Shown here: piece after piece, positions 48,925 through 62,364 of the stretch
Position numbering within the stretch: the stretch's first letter is position 1
How the letters are laid out: every line of letters begins with the position of its first letter
Assembly: GCF_963921235.1 (NCBI RefSeq)
Contig: NC_086108.1
Location: 53,880,001 to 53,944,000, forward strand
Source: Mobula hypostoma
Lineage: Eukaryota
Reading direction: 5' to 3'
DNA: 64,000 bases
Notes under the pieces: generated by a model
Database searches by the model: none
Told to the model about the DNA's origin: nothing
Seen by the model: only the letters and a program-made list of their open reading frames with translations
Position numbers and translations under genes: made by a program

Positions 48925-50290
48925 AGCACATCTATATGAAACACTGTCACAGCACAGCAGCATCCATCATCAGGGACATACACCACCCAGGACATGCTCT
49001 CTTCTTGCAGCTGCCATCAGGAAGAAGGTTACATGAGTCTCAGGACTCGCATCGTCATGTTCAGGAACAGTTACTACCCTTCAGCCATCATGCTCTTGAA
49101 CCAAAAGGGACAGCTTTACTTGCCCCATCATTGAAATGTTCCTACTACCAATGGACTCAGTTTCAAAAAAATCAAAATAACACATGGATCATGAGCACTT
49201 GCTCGAGACTGCCTTGATGTTGGAAGTAGCACAGGGTTGACATGCAGGGGCTTTGAAGTGGAAACCATCCTTTCTTGCTGTTTCATTGATTAGCCCACTA
49301 CATCTCAGGAGGGCTAGACAATGACTTCTGGTATCCCAGAGTTCCCCCCCCCCCACCCCCATTGTGCCTTCCCACTCTCTTAATATATCTTGGAGCCTGG
49401 GAGAGGTCTTTTCGCTTGATCCAAAGACAGTGACTGTCTCTGTTGTGGTTCTGGTAGTTTGCTGTAGAGTCTGACCATGGATACCTAGCTCCTTCAGCAA
49501 TTTGATGGTGGATGTGGCTATAAATCCCCTTCAACCCACTTTCACAGAACAAACTGGTTTTCCAGCACCGTTGTTGAGCTTCAGCTGCTAGGTCTGCAGA
49601 GCGCAGCCTCTTGCCCTGATATGCTTCAGCCACTGAATCCTCCAACAGCACGTGAGTTCCACAATGTAGACAATCTGTAATGAATTAGACCAGAGAACCA
49701 AGTCTGGCCTGAGGTTGGTGGTAGCAATTTCTGGTGGAAAAGTGAGTTGTTTGTGATATCCACCAGCATTTTCCAGTAATGGACCATGTTCATCTGTCCT
49801 GTTTCTGGCTTAGGAAGGAGATTAGTTTTCCCTTCCTCCCAGACTAATGCTGCTGGTGTCAGAGCATTAGTAATTCTAGGGTGCAAGGAATTGGTTGCTA
49901 TCCTCTTGGTCTCAATTGCTGCAGCCAAACTCTTCAAAGACCTGGTTGTGACACCACATGTATCTGCCTTGTGAGAGGCTGGTTTTGCAGCTTTGCAGAA
50001 TATGCTTCACTTGCCCCATCATTGAAATGTTCCTGCAACTAATGAACTCACTTTCAGGGACTCTTCAACTCATGTTTTTGATATTTATTGCTTATTTATG
50101 TATATTATTATTTCCTCTTTTAGCATTAGCACAGCTTGTTTTCTGCATTCTGGTTGAATGCCCAGTTGGGTGGTCTTTATTTGGTTATGATACGGTTATT
50201 ATTCTGTAGATTTGTTGAGTGTGCCCACAAGAAAATGAATCTCAGGGTTCTATATGGTATTTTGATAATAAAATTTACTTTGTACTTTGA
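48925..50290 (+). mobile_element. Rex1/Babar 3' fragment nested in Gypsy copy 2 and itself split by a HERO-like piece
   Basis: [21 protein letters not shown]; homologous to 6395-6860; tail aataaaatttactttgtactttga. Confidence 0.8.
49170..50008 (-). mobile_element. HERO/NeSL-type non-LTR retrotransposon 3' fragment (restriction-like endonuclease)
   Basis: Minus strand KHILQSCKTSLSQGRYMWCHNQV (zinc knuckle and RHN-like motif), LRPDLVLWS...VELT, EDSVAEAYQGKRLR..DLAAEAQQR.WK, LLKELGI, LWIKRKD. Confidence 0.8.
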
Positions 50291-52084
50291 TACGTATGAG
50301 TTTTCCATTGCCATCATTCAGCACTGATGTGGCATCATCTAGTATCTTTCTCAATTCACTTTCAGTTGACTCTTACAGGGGATGTGGCATGCAAATAGTG
50401 GGTGGATCTCCACTCAAGTTGTAGTTGTCTCAGCCAATCATGGTTCCACAATACTGACCCTCATGTTTTAACCATATACAAACCGAATGTGGCTTGTTGG
50501 TTGTGGTATTTCACTGTTACGAATGTCATTTCCACAGAAGTTATCTTTTCTCAGTATAAAGTCTTAGTTTGGATATCTGCAGGCTTAAAAGTTCAGTATC
50601 TTTGAAATGCCAAACAAACTCATTTTGTGGAATGACTGAAACATAAGAGCCAATGTCCAATTCCATTTTAATTACCGTTCACTTCTGGTGTAAGTGATAT
50701 TGCTTGCCTTTCGTTAGTTTTCACATTGTAATTCTCAAGGCAACTCAGTCCTGTGTTACTCACATCATTACCAGATTTTTCATCAAAAGTATGCAGATTA
50801 GTGCTCTTTTTGAAACTGCAAATTGACTTTTTATCTTTTTCTCTTCCCTATGCAGTCCATTTCTTTTTGTCTGCCTGACACACTGTTTGTATGCATTCTA
50901 CTTTGTTGCATTTTCTGTAGCTTTCTCCTTTAAACCTACTGTATGTGAGCCCCTGCCACAACACCAACATGATTTGTTTAGCCAGGCTGGTTTCTGTTTA
51001 GGTGTTGCAATTTTGTCCACGCTCACTTTCATTCCTGACTGCAACTCAATTGTGTATTCACCTGCTGTTTCCATTGATACAGCTATTTTAACTGCTCTTT
51101 TAAATATAAGTTGTGTTTCAGTTATGAGCTGTTTTGGAATGCTTTCTTGTAAGATTCCACAAACTAATTGACCTTTCAATGCATTATTAAGCCCATCACT
51201 GAACTGGCAATGCTTAGACAATCTCTTCAATTCAGCACCTACGCTGAAATGGACTCCCCTTCGTTTTGTTTCTGCTTATGAAACCTAAAGTATTCTGTAT
51301 TCAACAATGTCTTCAGTTCTAAATGTTCCTGCATTACTTTCACAAAATCAGCAAAGGTAGTTTCAGCTGGTTTTGTTGGAGCAGTCAAACTCCTAAGCAA
51401 ACTGTTTGCCTTTAAACCCAATCCACTCAGCAACACTGGCACTTGTTTCTTATTGGCTATTTCATTTGCTTTAAAGTACTGCTCAATTTGCTCAGTATAC
51501 ATGAGTCAGTTATCTTTTGAGCAATCAAATATAACTATTTTTCCAATGTAGCCAGGAATTTCTGCTTTTTTAGAAAAATTATGATTATTATCACCCAGTA
51601 CCTTTACATAGAACTTGTAATGAATTATTTAAACAAAGAATGCTTAGCAAACAATATATATGTAATATTACTCAAACATTACTGAAGTATTAAATACACA
51701 GCAAGTACAAGCTTGGACATCACTTGAGGGCAGTCTTAGGCTTTGTAGTGATGTAATAGCTTTTTCACAAAATCTAATTGATATACAGGTTAAAAATGGT
51801 TAAAAAAATGTGGGTAAGATAACACAGGGAATCATGACTGCCATAACCTGAACAGGGAAACCTAGGGTGGGGTGAAAAGATATCCATTGCAGCTGTTGAA
51901 ACTTTCACATTGTGCTTCTGTAAGCAGAGTTTGAAACAAACTGCTTGTTATCTAATTTATAGCAGTTTTTGAAAGAAAAAGCTTCAACTCTTCCTTTCAT
52001 CAATGACGCAACTTATATATATTTTTAAAATTTTATTGTGTTGATGTTAAAACTTATGAGATCTACTTTCCATTTCTCCAGCAG

Positions 52085-53509
52085 AGCAAAGCTAAGGAGT
52101 TGCCTCTTTCTGCTGTTCGTTTTATGGAAGAGCTAGGGGAATGTGCTTTTGGAAAAATCTACAAAGGTCATCTTTACCTACCAGGAATGGATCATGCGCA
52201 GCTTGTTGCTATAAAGACCCTGAAGGATTTTGGTAATTCTCAGCTTTGGGCAGAGTTCCAGCAGGAGGCATCCCTGATGTCAGAGCTCCATCATCCCAAT
52301 GTTGTCTGCCTACTTGGGGTGGTAACCCAGGAGCAACCAGTCTGCATGCTCTTTGAGTACATGAACCATGGTGACCTTCATGAATTTCTCATCATGAGAT
52401 CACCCCATTCTGATGTTGGCTGCAGCAGTGATGAAGACGGCACTGTCAAATCCAGCCTGGACCATGCAGATTTTTTGCACATCTCCATACAGATAGCAGC
52501 AGGAATGGAATACCTGTCCAGTCACTTTTTTGTTCACAAGGACCTTGCTGCACGCAACATCATTATTGGAGAGCAACTAAGAGTGAAGATATCAGATCTT
52601 GGCCTTTCAAGAGAAATATATGCAGCCGATTATTACAGGGTGCAGAATAAGTCCCTCCTCCCAATTCGATGGATGCCTCCTGAAGCTATACTGTTTGGGA
52701 AGTTCTCAAGTGACTCAGATATTTGGTCTTTTGGTGTGGTGCTATGGGAGATTTTTAGCTTTGGGCTGCAACCATATTATGGATTTTCTAATCAAGAGGT
52801 GATAGAAATGATACGTAAGAGGCAGGTACTCCCATGCCCAGAAGATTGCCCCTCTAGAATGTATGATTTAATGACAGAAACCTGGCATGAGATCCCAGCC
52901 AGAAGACCACGATTTAAGGACATTCATGCCAGGCTGAGATCCTGGGAAGGACTATCAAGCCATACCAGTTCTACAACGCCATCTGGTGGTAATGCCACAA
53001 CCCAGACAACATCTCTGAGTGCAAGCCCAGTTAGTAACCTCAGTAACACAAGGTATCCAATTCATATATATCAAGCACAGGGCCTACCCCAGGGCCAGAT
53101 TGGAAGTCTAATTGGTCCACAAATAGCTCAGCATCAGAGATTTATTCAAGTTAACAGTTACCCGGTGCCTGCAGGATACGCTGCCTATTCAGCTACCCAT
53201 TACCAGCAAGGTCCACCACGAATCATTCCACATGGTCCACCTCCAAAGAGCCGGTCACCTAGCAGTGGAAGTGGATCAACAAGTACTGGTCACGTGACAA
53301 GCTTGCCTTCCTCAGGATCAAATCATGATGCAAATACTCCATTGCTCTCTCATCATTTATCCATGGCAAGCCATCCAAGTGGAACTAATGTGCCAATCTT
53401 TGCACACATATCCCATAAAACAATGCAAATGGACCCAGTACAGGCTACGCTACTGGGGGACAGTGATGGCCAGTTGGCAAATGAATCTGTTATTAGAGCT
53501 GAAATGTAA
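52085..53509 (+). CDS. ROR1: ROR1 terminal coding exon (tyrosine pseudokinase plus Ser/Thr-rich and Pro-rich tail)
   Basis: Acceptor tttctccagcag. [30 protein letters not shown]...HKDLAARN...[14 protein letters not shown]...[37 protein letters not shown]...; stop TAA at 53507-53509. The ROR1-type tail and GECAFG loop distinguish it from ROR2. Confidence 0.97.
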   Translation, partial: SKAKELPLSAVRFMEELGECAFGKIYKGHLYLPGMDHAQLVAIKTLKDFGNSQLWAEFQQEASLMSELHHPNVVCLLGVVTQEQPVCMLFEYMNHGDLHEFLIMRSPHSDVGCSSDEDGTVKSSLDHADFLHISIQIAAGMEYLSSHFFVHKDLAARNIIIGEQLRVKISDLGLSREIYAADYYRVQNKSLLPIRWMPPEAILFGKFSSDSDIWSFGVVLWEIFSFGLQPYYGFSNQEVIEMIRKRQVLPCPEDCPSRMYDLMTETWHEIPARRPRFKDIHARLRSWEGLSSHTSSTTPSGGNATTQTTSLSASPVSNLSNTRYPIHIYQAQGLPQGQIGSLIGPQIAQHQRFIQVNSYPVPAGYAAYSATHYQQGPPRIIPHGPPPKSRSPSSGSGSTSTGHVTSLPSSGSNHDANTPLLSHHLSMASHPSGTNVPIFAHISHKTMQMDPVQATLLGDSDGQLANESVIRAEM

Positions 53510-55300
53510 AACAAAATGCATATATATAAAAATATATATTCTTAGAATTTGTTTCAACAATTTTATAATTGTGTATAATCTGATTTTAGAAAGAAAATAG
53601 GGAACGAAACAGAGTTATATACGTGATAATAACAGCTCATCTAGTCTGTTAGCAATTTAGTACTCTGGTCCTGACTAAACAGCAATGGATGCCTTCTATG
53701 CTTTTTATTTGCTTGATTGCTCCCTCTGTGTCCCAAATTTTGCTGGGTTGCATGTTTGATATTATCCTGTACCTCTTCCAAGTGGCCTTTCTTCCAGAGT
53801 CAGCCTTCACTCGATTGATGGGCTGCTCATTGTTGGAGGACACCATTGCTGTACCTCATGCAGACCTAGCTGATGTTAAGATACACACTGGTCTTTCAAC
53901 AAGAGTCACTGAATTGTGGTCTGTCGTTGATCAATGTTTCCCCTCCCTTTGCCAATAGAGAATGCCGAGACAAGTTGTAGTCATCCAGGTATTGGCTTGG
54001 ATGAGATTTTGTGTATCCAGAACACGGAATGAGCCAAGGAGTTTCATGTCTGTAAATTTCTGTATTACACTGGGCAGTGTATTTTAGTGTAAAGACTATT
54101 TGTAAACTGCACCAATTTTTTTTTACTTAATGACTTTTTTCATACGTTTGTTATTTCTATGAACAGAATCCCATATAACCGTAAACGTGCTTTAGTTATG
54201 TGGTTTAGTGAAATAAACCTTGCATTACTAGCAGCAAATTTCACAGAACAAACCTTTTTTTAAATGAAAGTGCAACAAGTAGAATTCTGCAGTTTTTTAA
54301 AAACGAAAATCAATGCTTTGAAGACATCTTTTATAAGCATATCTCTGGAATGTGTAGTTCTTTGGAATTTCTCTAGCAAAGTTGGATTTGATTATTATTG
54401 AATTCATATGTTTTGGGGAAATGCTAATGGTAACATAAAAGGCTACAGTTATAACATGTTTGATTCAAGACTCATAATTTAGAATTTTTTAAAATTTATA
54501 TAAATAGTATGTTTAAATTTCACTTATTTTTTTGTTGCTATGCAACTATTTAATGTAAATTGGTCCGACATGCAAGCTTTGAGATGACAATCAACTTTTC
54601 TTAATGGGGAGATTATTGTGTGTTTGGGAGTCTGATTTGGTGAATAAACTGTGGTGTTAGTGAGGACCACCATTCTTTAAAACAATACTCAGATCGATGC
54701 TGAAAGGAGAGAATGCCAGGATATGTTGGAGCTTCTCATGAACAATGTTGAGGACAAACAGACCTTAATCTTATCAAAACATCTGATTAAAATGTAACTG
54801 AAAGAGCATCAACTGACTCCTTTACAAAGAACTGGACACATTACTTTCCTGAGCATGTGAGCTGCTATGTCATGCAGTCACTGAGGTTGTATAAAGTTTT
54901 TTTTTTAAATGATGAAACATAAATTACACTAGCATTTAGATTTCGCAGTGTGATCAGAATTTGATTTGTACTTCTCGCAGACATTTTCATTTTCAAAACC
55001 ACTTCCTGCAAATATTTTGTGATGAGGTGTGCTTTTCTACTTTTGAATATCTATTGTTATGTATATCTTACAATGATACGGATAATATGTTTATAAAGAG
55101 AAGGCAAGCATTCGTGGCTAATTACTTAATGTGGGTTATATTGTAACAGGATTTATTTCTCCACATGTATTTTTGCACAGATGTTTTTTAAATGTTTTGT
55201 ATGAAGAATTTCAAATACATCCCTGCATTGTATTGATTGTGTATTTTACTGCTACATAAACATGAGTGATGTAATGAATTTAACATGATTCTTTCCCATT
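53510..55300 (+). other. ROR1: Probable ROR1 3' UTR with candidate poly(A) signals
   Basis: AT-rich, no recognisable repeat, directly after the stop codon; AATAAA at 54212-54217 and 54643-54648. The true end is unknown. Confidence 0.55.
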
Positions 55301-57059
55301 GTAACTCATAGACTAGTCAATATAACACTAAAAATAGGAACTTGCTTGAAGGTTTGTGGGAAAATAATTAACTATCTTGTGTGCTACTGAGTCATAAATA
55401 CCAGAAAGGCCATGGGTTCAATAACCAATCAAGAGGAAATAGAAAAAATAAATACATTTATTCAGGTTGGAATTCTTTGCCACGAATGTGGCTGGTCCAT
55501 TACTTCCATAAAAGGGCACGTTACGCGAATAGGAAAGTAGGGTGGATTAATGTTTTCATTGGAGGAAAACTGAGATGAGCAAAATGGCCTGGTTCTGCGT
55601 TGTAAGATTTTATGATTCTTGGGCTAGGAGGAGGCTGCTCTACTGTCCTGATCTCATCCTTCATCAATACATTTGCCGGCTCTAGTTGGCTTTTGGCCTT
55701 GTCACACAAGCTTCCTGACCAAGAGCCCTCCTGCTTGTCATCAGTATGTGAGCAGGATCCCAGACAGAAGATATTTTTAAAAAGAATTCTACAATTAAAA
55801 GATATAGAAGGATGAATGTTGCTCCTCTGATATTGCATTCCTGATCATTCCAGTCTAGCCACAGGTGAGAAGTTCTGTAGTAATTAATGTTCTATCATGG
55901 CTAGTTCTTCCTTTTGGCAAGTTTCTGGTTTTAGCTTAACATTCTCAGTTATCATCTCAATCTTGGAAAATGCATTCCAATATGCTTTGCTGCTCCTTCA
56001 ATCTACCCAGGCACCTCATTGCTTAATAATCTTCTACTTCCTTCCACTACAAGTAGCCATTTATCAGCCCTCTGCTTATAATTTTCTTCCCAATGCACCA
56101 GTTCTCTAAGCCCAGATTTCCTGCCTGCCTTACTATTTCATCTACAGACCCTCTCCCTCCAGTTCAATACTCATTCCATATGCCTGTACTTTGACTTTCC
56201 ACTCTAATCTTCTCCCATCCTCTGATCTCAGTGCCTCACCCACAAACTTCTCACCCAATTATCTCCATTATAATCTGCCCCAGTTCATTCCCATCCTTAT
56301 CAGTGTAATCTTTGACTCTTCTCTCTATTCATCCTTCCCCAATCTTTTTTCAGATATTCATACACAACAGCTGTGCAATTTTCTCCATATCATTCTCTCC
56401 CTGATCTTTCCCTCACACGGTGAAGGATCAATAAAGGATGAAAGGCCTACTCCATGAATTTGCCTGGGTGCAAAGCCACCAATTCCAATCATGCTAATAA
56501 GTAAGGAAATAAAGGAGGAATATACACTTTGTAGACTGAACAAATAAATTGGAGATAAATGGAAATACACAGCAACAAGACTGAGGGAGACTGAAGGAAT
56601 GAACAAGGGTTTCAGAAAGGAAGGAAGAAAGGTAAAGACAGGAGTTACCACATCCATGGTAATCTGGTAGCTATGATCACCCAGCTATGGAAAAACCAAC
56701 TCAAATTCCATTCTGTTAATTTTAATGGAACAAATTTCATAGAGATTCTATAGCATTGTGTGACACACTCTATAGCACAGACAGTGGTAAAGAAAGCTGA
56801 CCCTACTTCAGCAAAAGGAATATGGAAACAGTAAGTTTAGTCTTTCCTGGTACAACTGCAAATGTTAACTATTTGGATTTTTTTTTGAAATCAGTAACAT
56901 AAATTTAACTATGACTGAATCAAAACTGTGAAAACTGTACAATATTGCCAGGAACTGTAAAGGGAAGGCAAATAAAGATAAACACAATCATAGATGTACA
57001 CCTTTCTTATGAAGCTTTGTTTTGATTAAGAACCTGAATTGTGGTTAAATTCCCAATGA

Positions 57060-59290
57060 AACCTGGTGAGAAAATGAGGAAGGTGCAGGATAGATGCATT
57101 CCAAAAATGAAAAAAAAAACTCAAATGGCAAAATAGTACACTGTGGCTGAAAGGGAAGTCAAAGCTAATGTAAAAGCAAAAGAGAGGGCATATAAAGCAA
57201 AAATTAGTGGGAAGATAGAGGATTGGGAAGTTCTTAAAACCCTACAGAGAGCAACTAAAATAATCATTCGAAGGAAAAGATGAAATATGAAAGCAAGCTA
57301 GCTAACAGTATCAAAGTGGATAGTAAAAACTTTTTCAAGTATGTAAAAAATAAAAGCTAGATGAGAGTGGATAGAGGACCACTAGAAAATGAGGCCGGGG
57401 AAATAACAGGGGACGAGATGGTTGATGAAGTAAATGAGTATTTACACTAGTGAAGTTTAAGAGACTACTAGGGACAGGTATATGGAGGAATCTAAGGTGG
57501 GGGCTTATATGGGAGGCAGGGTTTGAGGGTCGGCACAACATTGTGGGCCAAAGGGCCTGTACTGTGCTGTACTATTCTATGTTCTATATGTTCTAGTATT
57601 TTGCATCAGTCTTCACTGTGCAAGACACTAGCAGTGTGCCAGATGTTAAAGGGTGTGAGGGAATAGAAGTGAGTGCAGTTACTATTACAAGGGAGAAGTT
57701 GCTCAAAAATCTGAAAGACCTAAGGGTACTCAAGTAACCTGGACCTGATGAACTGCACCCTATGGTTCTGAAAGGGGTAGCGGTAGAGATTGTGGAGGCA
57801 TTGGTAATGATCTTTCAAAAGTTATTGGACTCTGGCATGGTGCCAGAGGATTGAAAGATTGCAAATGTCACTCCACTCTTTAAGAAAGAAGGAAGGCAGC
57901 AGAAAGGAAATTATTGACCACTTAGCCTGACCTCAGTGGTTGGGAAGATGCTGGAGTCAACTGTTACATGGAGTACTTGGTGACATAGGACAAGATAGGA
58001 CAAAGTCAGCATGGTTTCCTTAAGGGAAAATCTTGCCTGATGAATCTGTTGGAATCCTTTGAGGTGATTACAAGTAGAATAGATAAAGGGAGTGCAGTGG
58101 ATGTTGTATATTTGAACTTTCAGAAGGCCTTTGACAGGGTGCCACACATGAGGCTGCTTACCAAGTTAAGAGCCCATGGCATCACAGGAAAGTTACTGGC
58201 ATGTTTAGAGCATTGGCTGATTGGCAGGAGACAGTCAGTGGGAATAAAAGGATCCTTTTCTGGTTGACTGCCAGTGACTAGTGGTGTTCTGCAGGGGTCT
58301 GTGTTGAGACCGCTTCTTTTTATGCTGTATATCAATGATTTAGATGATGGAATAGATGGCTTTGTTGCCAAGTTTGCAGATGATAATGAAATTTGGTGGA
58401 AGGGCAGGAAGTGTTGAAGAAACAGGAAGGCTGCAAAAGGTCTTAGACAGATTAGGAGAATGTGCAAGAAAGTGGCAAATGAAATACAATGTTGGAAAAT
58501 GCACGGTCATTCACTCGGTAGTAGAAATAAATGTGCAGACTATTTTCTAAATGGATAGAAAATCCAAAAATCTGAGATGCAAAGGGACTTGGGATTCCTT
58601 GTCCAGAACACCCAAAAGGTTAACCTGCTGGTGGTGCGGAAGGCAAATGCAATGTTGGCATTCATTTCAAGAGGTCTAGAATACAAGAGCAGGGATGTGA
58701 TGCTGAGGCTTTATAAGGCACTGGTGAGGCCTCAACTTGAGTTTTGTTTTGGGCTCCTCATCTAAGAAAAGGTATGCTGGCATTGGAGAGGGTTCAGAGG
58801 AGGTTCACAAGGATGATTCCGGGAATGAAAGGATTATCATATGAGGAATGTTTGATGGCTCTAGGTCTGAATTCACTGGAATTTAGAAGGATTGGTTGCG
58901 GGGGGGGGGAGGAAATCACATTGAAACTTTTTGAATGTTGAGAAGTTTAGACAGGGTAGATGTTGAAAGGATGTTTCCCATGGTGGGGAAGTCTAGGACA
59001 AGAGGGCACAGCCTGAGGATAGAAGGGTGTCCATTTAAAACAGAGATGCAAAGAAATTCCTTTAGCCAGAGGATGGAGAATTTGAGGAATTTTTTTACCA
59101 CAGGCACCTGTGGAGGCTAGGTCGTTGGGTATATTTAAGGCAGAGATTGATAGGTTCTTGATTGGACACGACATCAAAGGTTACAGAGAGAAGGGTGGGT
59201 GGTGGGGCTGAAGAGTAGAAAAAAAAAGCATCAGCCATGATTGAATAGTGGAGCAGACATGGTGGGTCAAATGGCCTAACTCTGCTTCTG
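57060..59290 (+). mobile_element. CR1 LINE (family A, same family as 21222-23709, opposite orientation)
   Basis: [30 protein letters not shown]; closely homologous to the reverse complement of 21222-23270. Confidence 0.93.
57444..57594 (+). mobile_element. Short CR1-type 3' end nested in the CR1
   Basis: ggccaaagggcctgtactgtgctgt...ttctatgttct tail; 7 bp TSD AGTATTT at 57437-57443 and 57595-57601. Confidence 0.8.
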
Positions 59291-59479
59291 CCTTTTGGTG
59301 AGTAAGATTAAATCCCAAAAACACAGGGCAACTCCAGAAAGCAAGACATTCAATCTAAGAAATTTCAAATACAATTCAAAAGGGAAAATAAAAGTTCCTG
59401 AAACTCTAAAGAAAGAAAGTCAACACACAAGGTCCTGGTTTAAATATCTGAACTTGTCGCCAAATTTATTTATGTATTG

Positions 59480-59755
59480 CACAGAGTTGGCCATTCAAGC
59501 CCTTTGAGCAATGCCGCCCCAGCAACTCTCAATAAACCTGAATAACCCTAACGTAATCACGAAACAATTTACGATGACCAATTAACATGCCCAGTACGCC
59601 TTTTGACTGTGGGAGGAAAGCGGAGCACATGGGGGAAACACATGCATTCCATGGAGAGGACGTATAGACTTCTTACAGACAGCGCTGGAATTAAACTCCA
59701 AATTCTGGAATGCCCCGAACTGTAACAATGTCACACTAACTGCTATGCCACCATA
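59480..59755 (-). mobile_element. V-SINE
   Basis: Reverse complement of the V-domain (tgtgggaggaaagcggagcacatgggggaaacacatgc) plus a tRNA-like head. Confidence 0.75.
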
Positions 59756-60374
59756 GTACCCCAATTATTAGTGCTTCCACTCAGAAGCAGGTTAATGAAG
59801 GGGAATTGGTCTGAGTTCTATAGTCAAAGTCGAGTTTAAGAGAACAAAGTCCATTGTAGAGAAGAGTGCTCAAAGTAGTCAGTTGAAGTCTCAGTTGGAT
59901 ACATCAAGTGAAAAATGATCTAGACTGCCAACATATGCTGTAAAGTATCACATGAATAAAGTATGCAGCAATCTCCATTAACAGAGCTATAGTTGTGATG
60001 TCAACATATTTGGGAAAGGGGGCAAGGTCAAAACACTCAACTCCTGTTAGATCTGTAAACTCAAAATTCCACTGATTTATTCAGACACTTCCAACAAATT
60101 ATGTTGACAGAGTAGCATTGAAAGTACTATTAAGTTTTCTTTGCTCATTAACAAATAATGTTGGATTAGTTCCAGTTACTATTTGAAATTCTCAGTAACC
60201 TGCCCATTAAAAACCCCAAGCAGATCACTAAATCACTATCACTGCTGATCAGCATTATTGCATATTAATCTATGCAATATCTTCCATCTGAAAATCTAGT
60301 GATATGTTTGAATAATTTTCCAAATGGTAAGATGAATAGTATTTCAGATCTACTGGGGCACTTGTCAACTAATT

Positions 60375-60765
60375 GTTAGTTAATTAGTTAGTTAAGCCCA
60401 TCATCCCTACTGGGATACAGGCTGCCAACAACAGCTTGCCAGAGTTGTTTGTCCTAGGCCAATCATTCAAGTTGTCCCCAGGAGTAGCCCACCTTCTTGG
60501 TGTCAGCTTCCTGGTGTTCTTTGGACGACCTCAATTCCATGTTCTATTGGTGGTGCTGCTGGATCATAGAAGGATGATTAGTTCTGTGGCTTCCACAGAC
60601 CTGCAGGTTTCATCACACTACTTCGTACGTCTTCTGGATGAAGATCTTTATTTTCCCAGGGATGATGTCTTTGTAGCTTCTGTTGGCAATTCTGTAACTC
60701 TAGGATGGGGTTGTTAGCCCCATGCCCAAACCTCCTCCTTTCTCCACCAGGCTTTAGACCATCCA
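60375..60765 (-). mobile_element. Internally deleted RTE-like element (5' UTR joined to 3' end)
   Basis: Minus strand ggggctaacaaccccatcc (RTE 5' UTR-like), GRPKNT...LAQDK.LW C-terminus and an (AACT)n-like tail. Confidence 0.6.
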
Positions 60766-61401
60766 AAGTGGAATTGTCAACTGGTTGCTCCTAATTTAAA
60801 TCATTAATTGATTAAAGAAAAATTATATCAGATCTTGCATTTACCAAAGTAAACTGTGTAAAGTTAGGTTGTAAATAGCTTTCATGAGAAGTTGGGAATG
60901 AGGTCAATTATTTTTAAACTTAACTACGAATTCAGTTGACTTTATTTCTGTCAATTAGCTGAGGATATGCTATGACCTGATGCTAACTTCAATATAAGCT
61001 GACAATGGCAAACCATACACATTTTCCCCCATTCTCTTTCGATAATATTCTCCCATTGTTTCTGGGACACTGGGCCATAATCATTCTGGTCTGTGCAGCA
61101 TTAAGGATGGTGTAATTGGCTACAGTCTGAGCTGTCAAGGGTCATGACTTCTGATCACTATACAGTATTGTGTAGGATTGTATCTTTGTTAGAAGACTTT
61201 GACAATCTTGGCTCAGATTTCCCCATTTCTTCAGATATTTCCATCACCTTTCCAGAAAACAGTGAGGAAGGCATTTTTTTGCAATATGCTGTAGTAAAAT
61301 GATCATAGAATCATACTCCACCAGAAAGCATCAACATATTTATGAAGGTAGAAAAGGTTACACAGGGCAGCAATGTTGGGTTAAAGGGATGCACTTGGCA
61401 A

Positions 61402-62150
61402 ACTCAAAAGTTCAAAGTACATTTATTATCAAAGTAAGTAGACTTTATACAACCTTGAGATTCATCTCCTTACAGGCAGCCGCAAAACAAGAAACCCAAA
61501 AAGAACCTGTTAAAAAAAATGACCGACACCCAATGTGCAGAGAGAGAGAAAGAGAAACAAATCGTGCAAACAATACAAGTACGAAAATAGCATTTAGAAT
61601 GAAAGTGAGTCCTCAGACACGAAGTCCAGAACAGGCCCACTGCCTCAGCCTCAGTCTCAGTTCAGCACATAGCACAGTAAACATCATGGAGCCCGCAGAC
61701 ACAAAGCCTGGAGCAGCCTCAGCCTCAGTGCATTGAAAAGTGGAGTAAATGTTGTGGAGCAGCAAGCAGAACCAGTCTGACCCTTGCCTCTGGTCCTGAC
61801 ACCTTGCCTTTCCAAGCCATCTGGCCCAGCGTTTAAATCATTCAAACACTGGTTCATTCCCCACACCGGGACCTGGGCCCTGTCACATCAATACGCTCTG
61901 TGCCTGGACCCGCTGCCACAGTTCAGCCCCTGACCTTTCCAAATCGGCCCAGCATCTCGCTCTCAGTTTAGCTGGAAGGGTCCCTAAACTGCCTTTCCTC
62001 CGTTTCTCCACTCGCCCTGACTTATTTTCAAATATGCCTCGACCTCGCCCTGACTTCATCTCAAATATGCCTCAACCTCGCCTCACAGCTGCATGCTTCA
62101 ACCCTCGACTCAGCCTCGCCTTTGCTCACCTCTTCATTGTTTGCGGTGAT
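61402..62150 (-). mobile_element. Non-coding element with Rex1-like tail (same family as 16004-16962)
   Basis: 61402-61700 is the reverse complement of 16660-16962 (cacccaatgtgcagagagag, ccttacaggcagcc). Confidence 0.75.
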
Positions 62151-62174
62151 GCAAACTATGTATGTTAAAATTAT

Positions 62175-62364
62175 AAACGCAAACAACAGGAATTCTGCAG
62201 ATGCTGGAAATTCAAGCAACACACATCAAAGTTGCTGGTGAACGCAGCAGGCCAGGCAGCATCTCTAGGAAGAGGTACAGTCAACTTTTCAGGCCGAGAC
62301 CCTTCGTCAGTCCTGACGAAGGGTCTCGGCCTGAAAGGTCGACTGTACCTCTTCCTAGAGATGT
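62175..62364. mobile_element. Mini Penelope fold-back (two 3' ends), 16 bp TSD
   Basis: TSD TGTATGTTAAAATTAT at 62159-62174 and 62365-62380; ~50 bp arm palindrome centred near 62311. Confidence 0.92.

Larger units (their letters stand above)
47793..51703 (-). mobile_element. Gypsy (Mag-like) LTR retrotransposon remnant, copy 2
   Basis: 3' LTR 47793-48030 and partial 5' LTR ~51600-51703; flanks AGTCC/AGTAC (5 bp TSD with one mismatch); gag 50898-51502; RT fragments [21 protein letters not shown] and RFLPNLATVLYPLNSLL. Confidence 0.9.
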
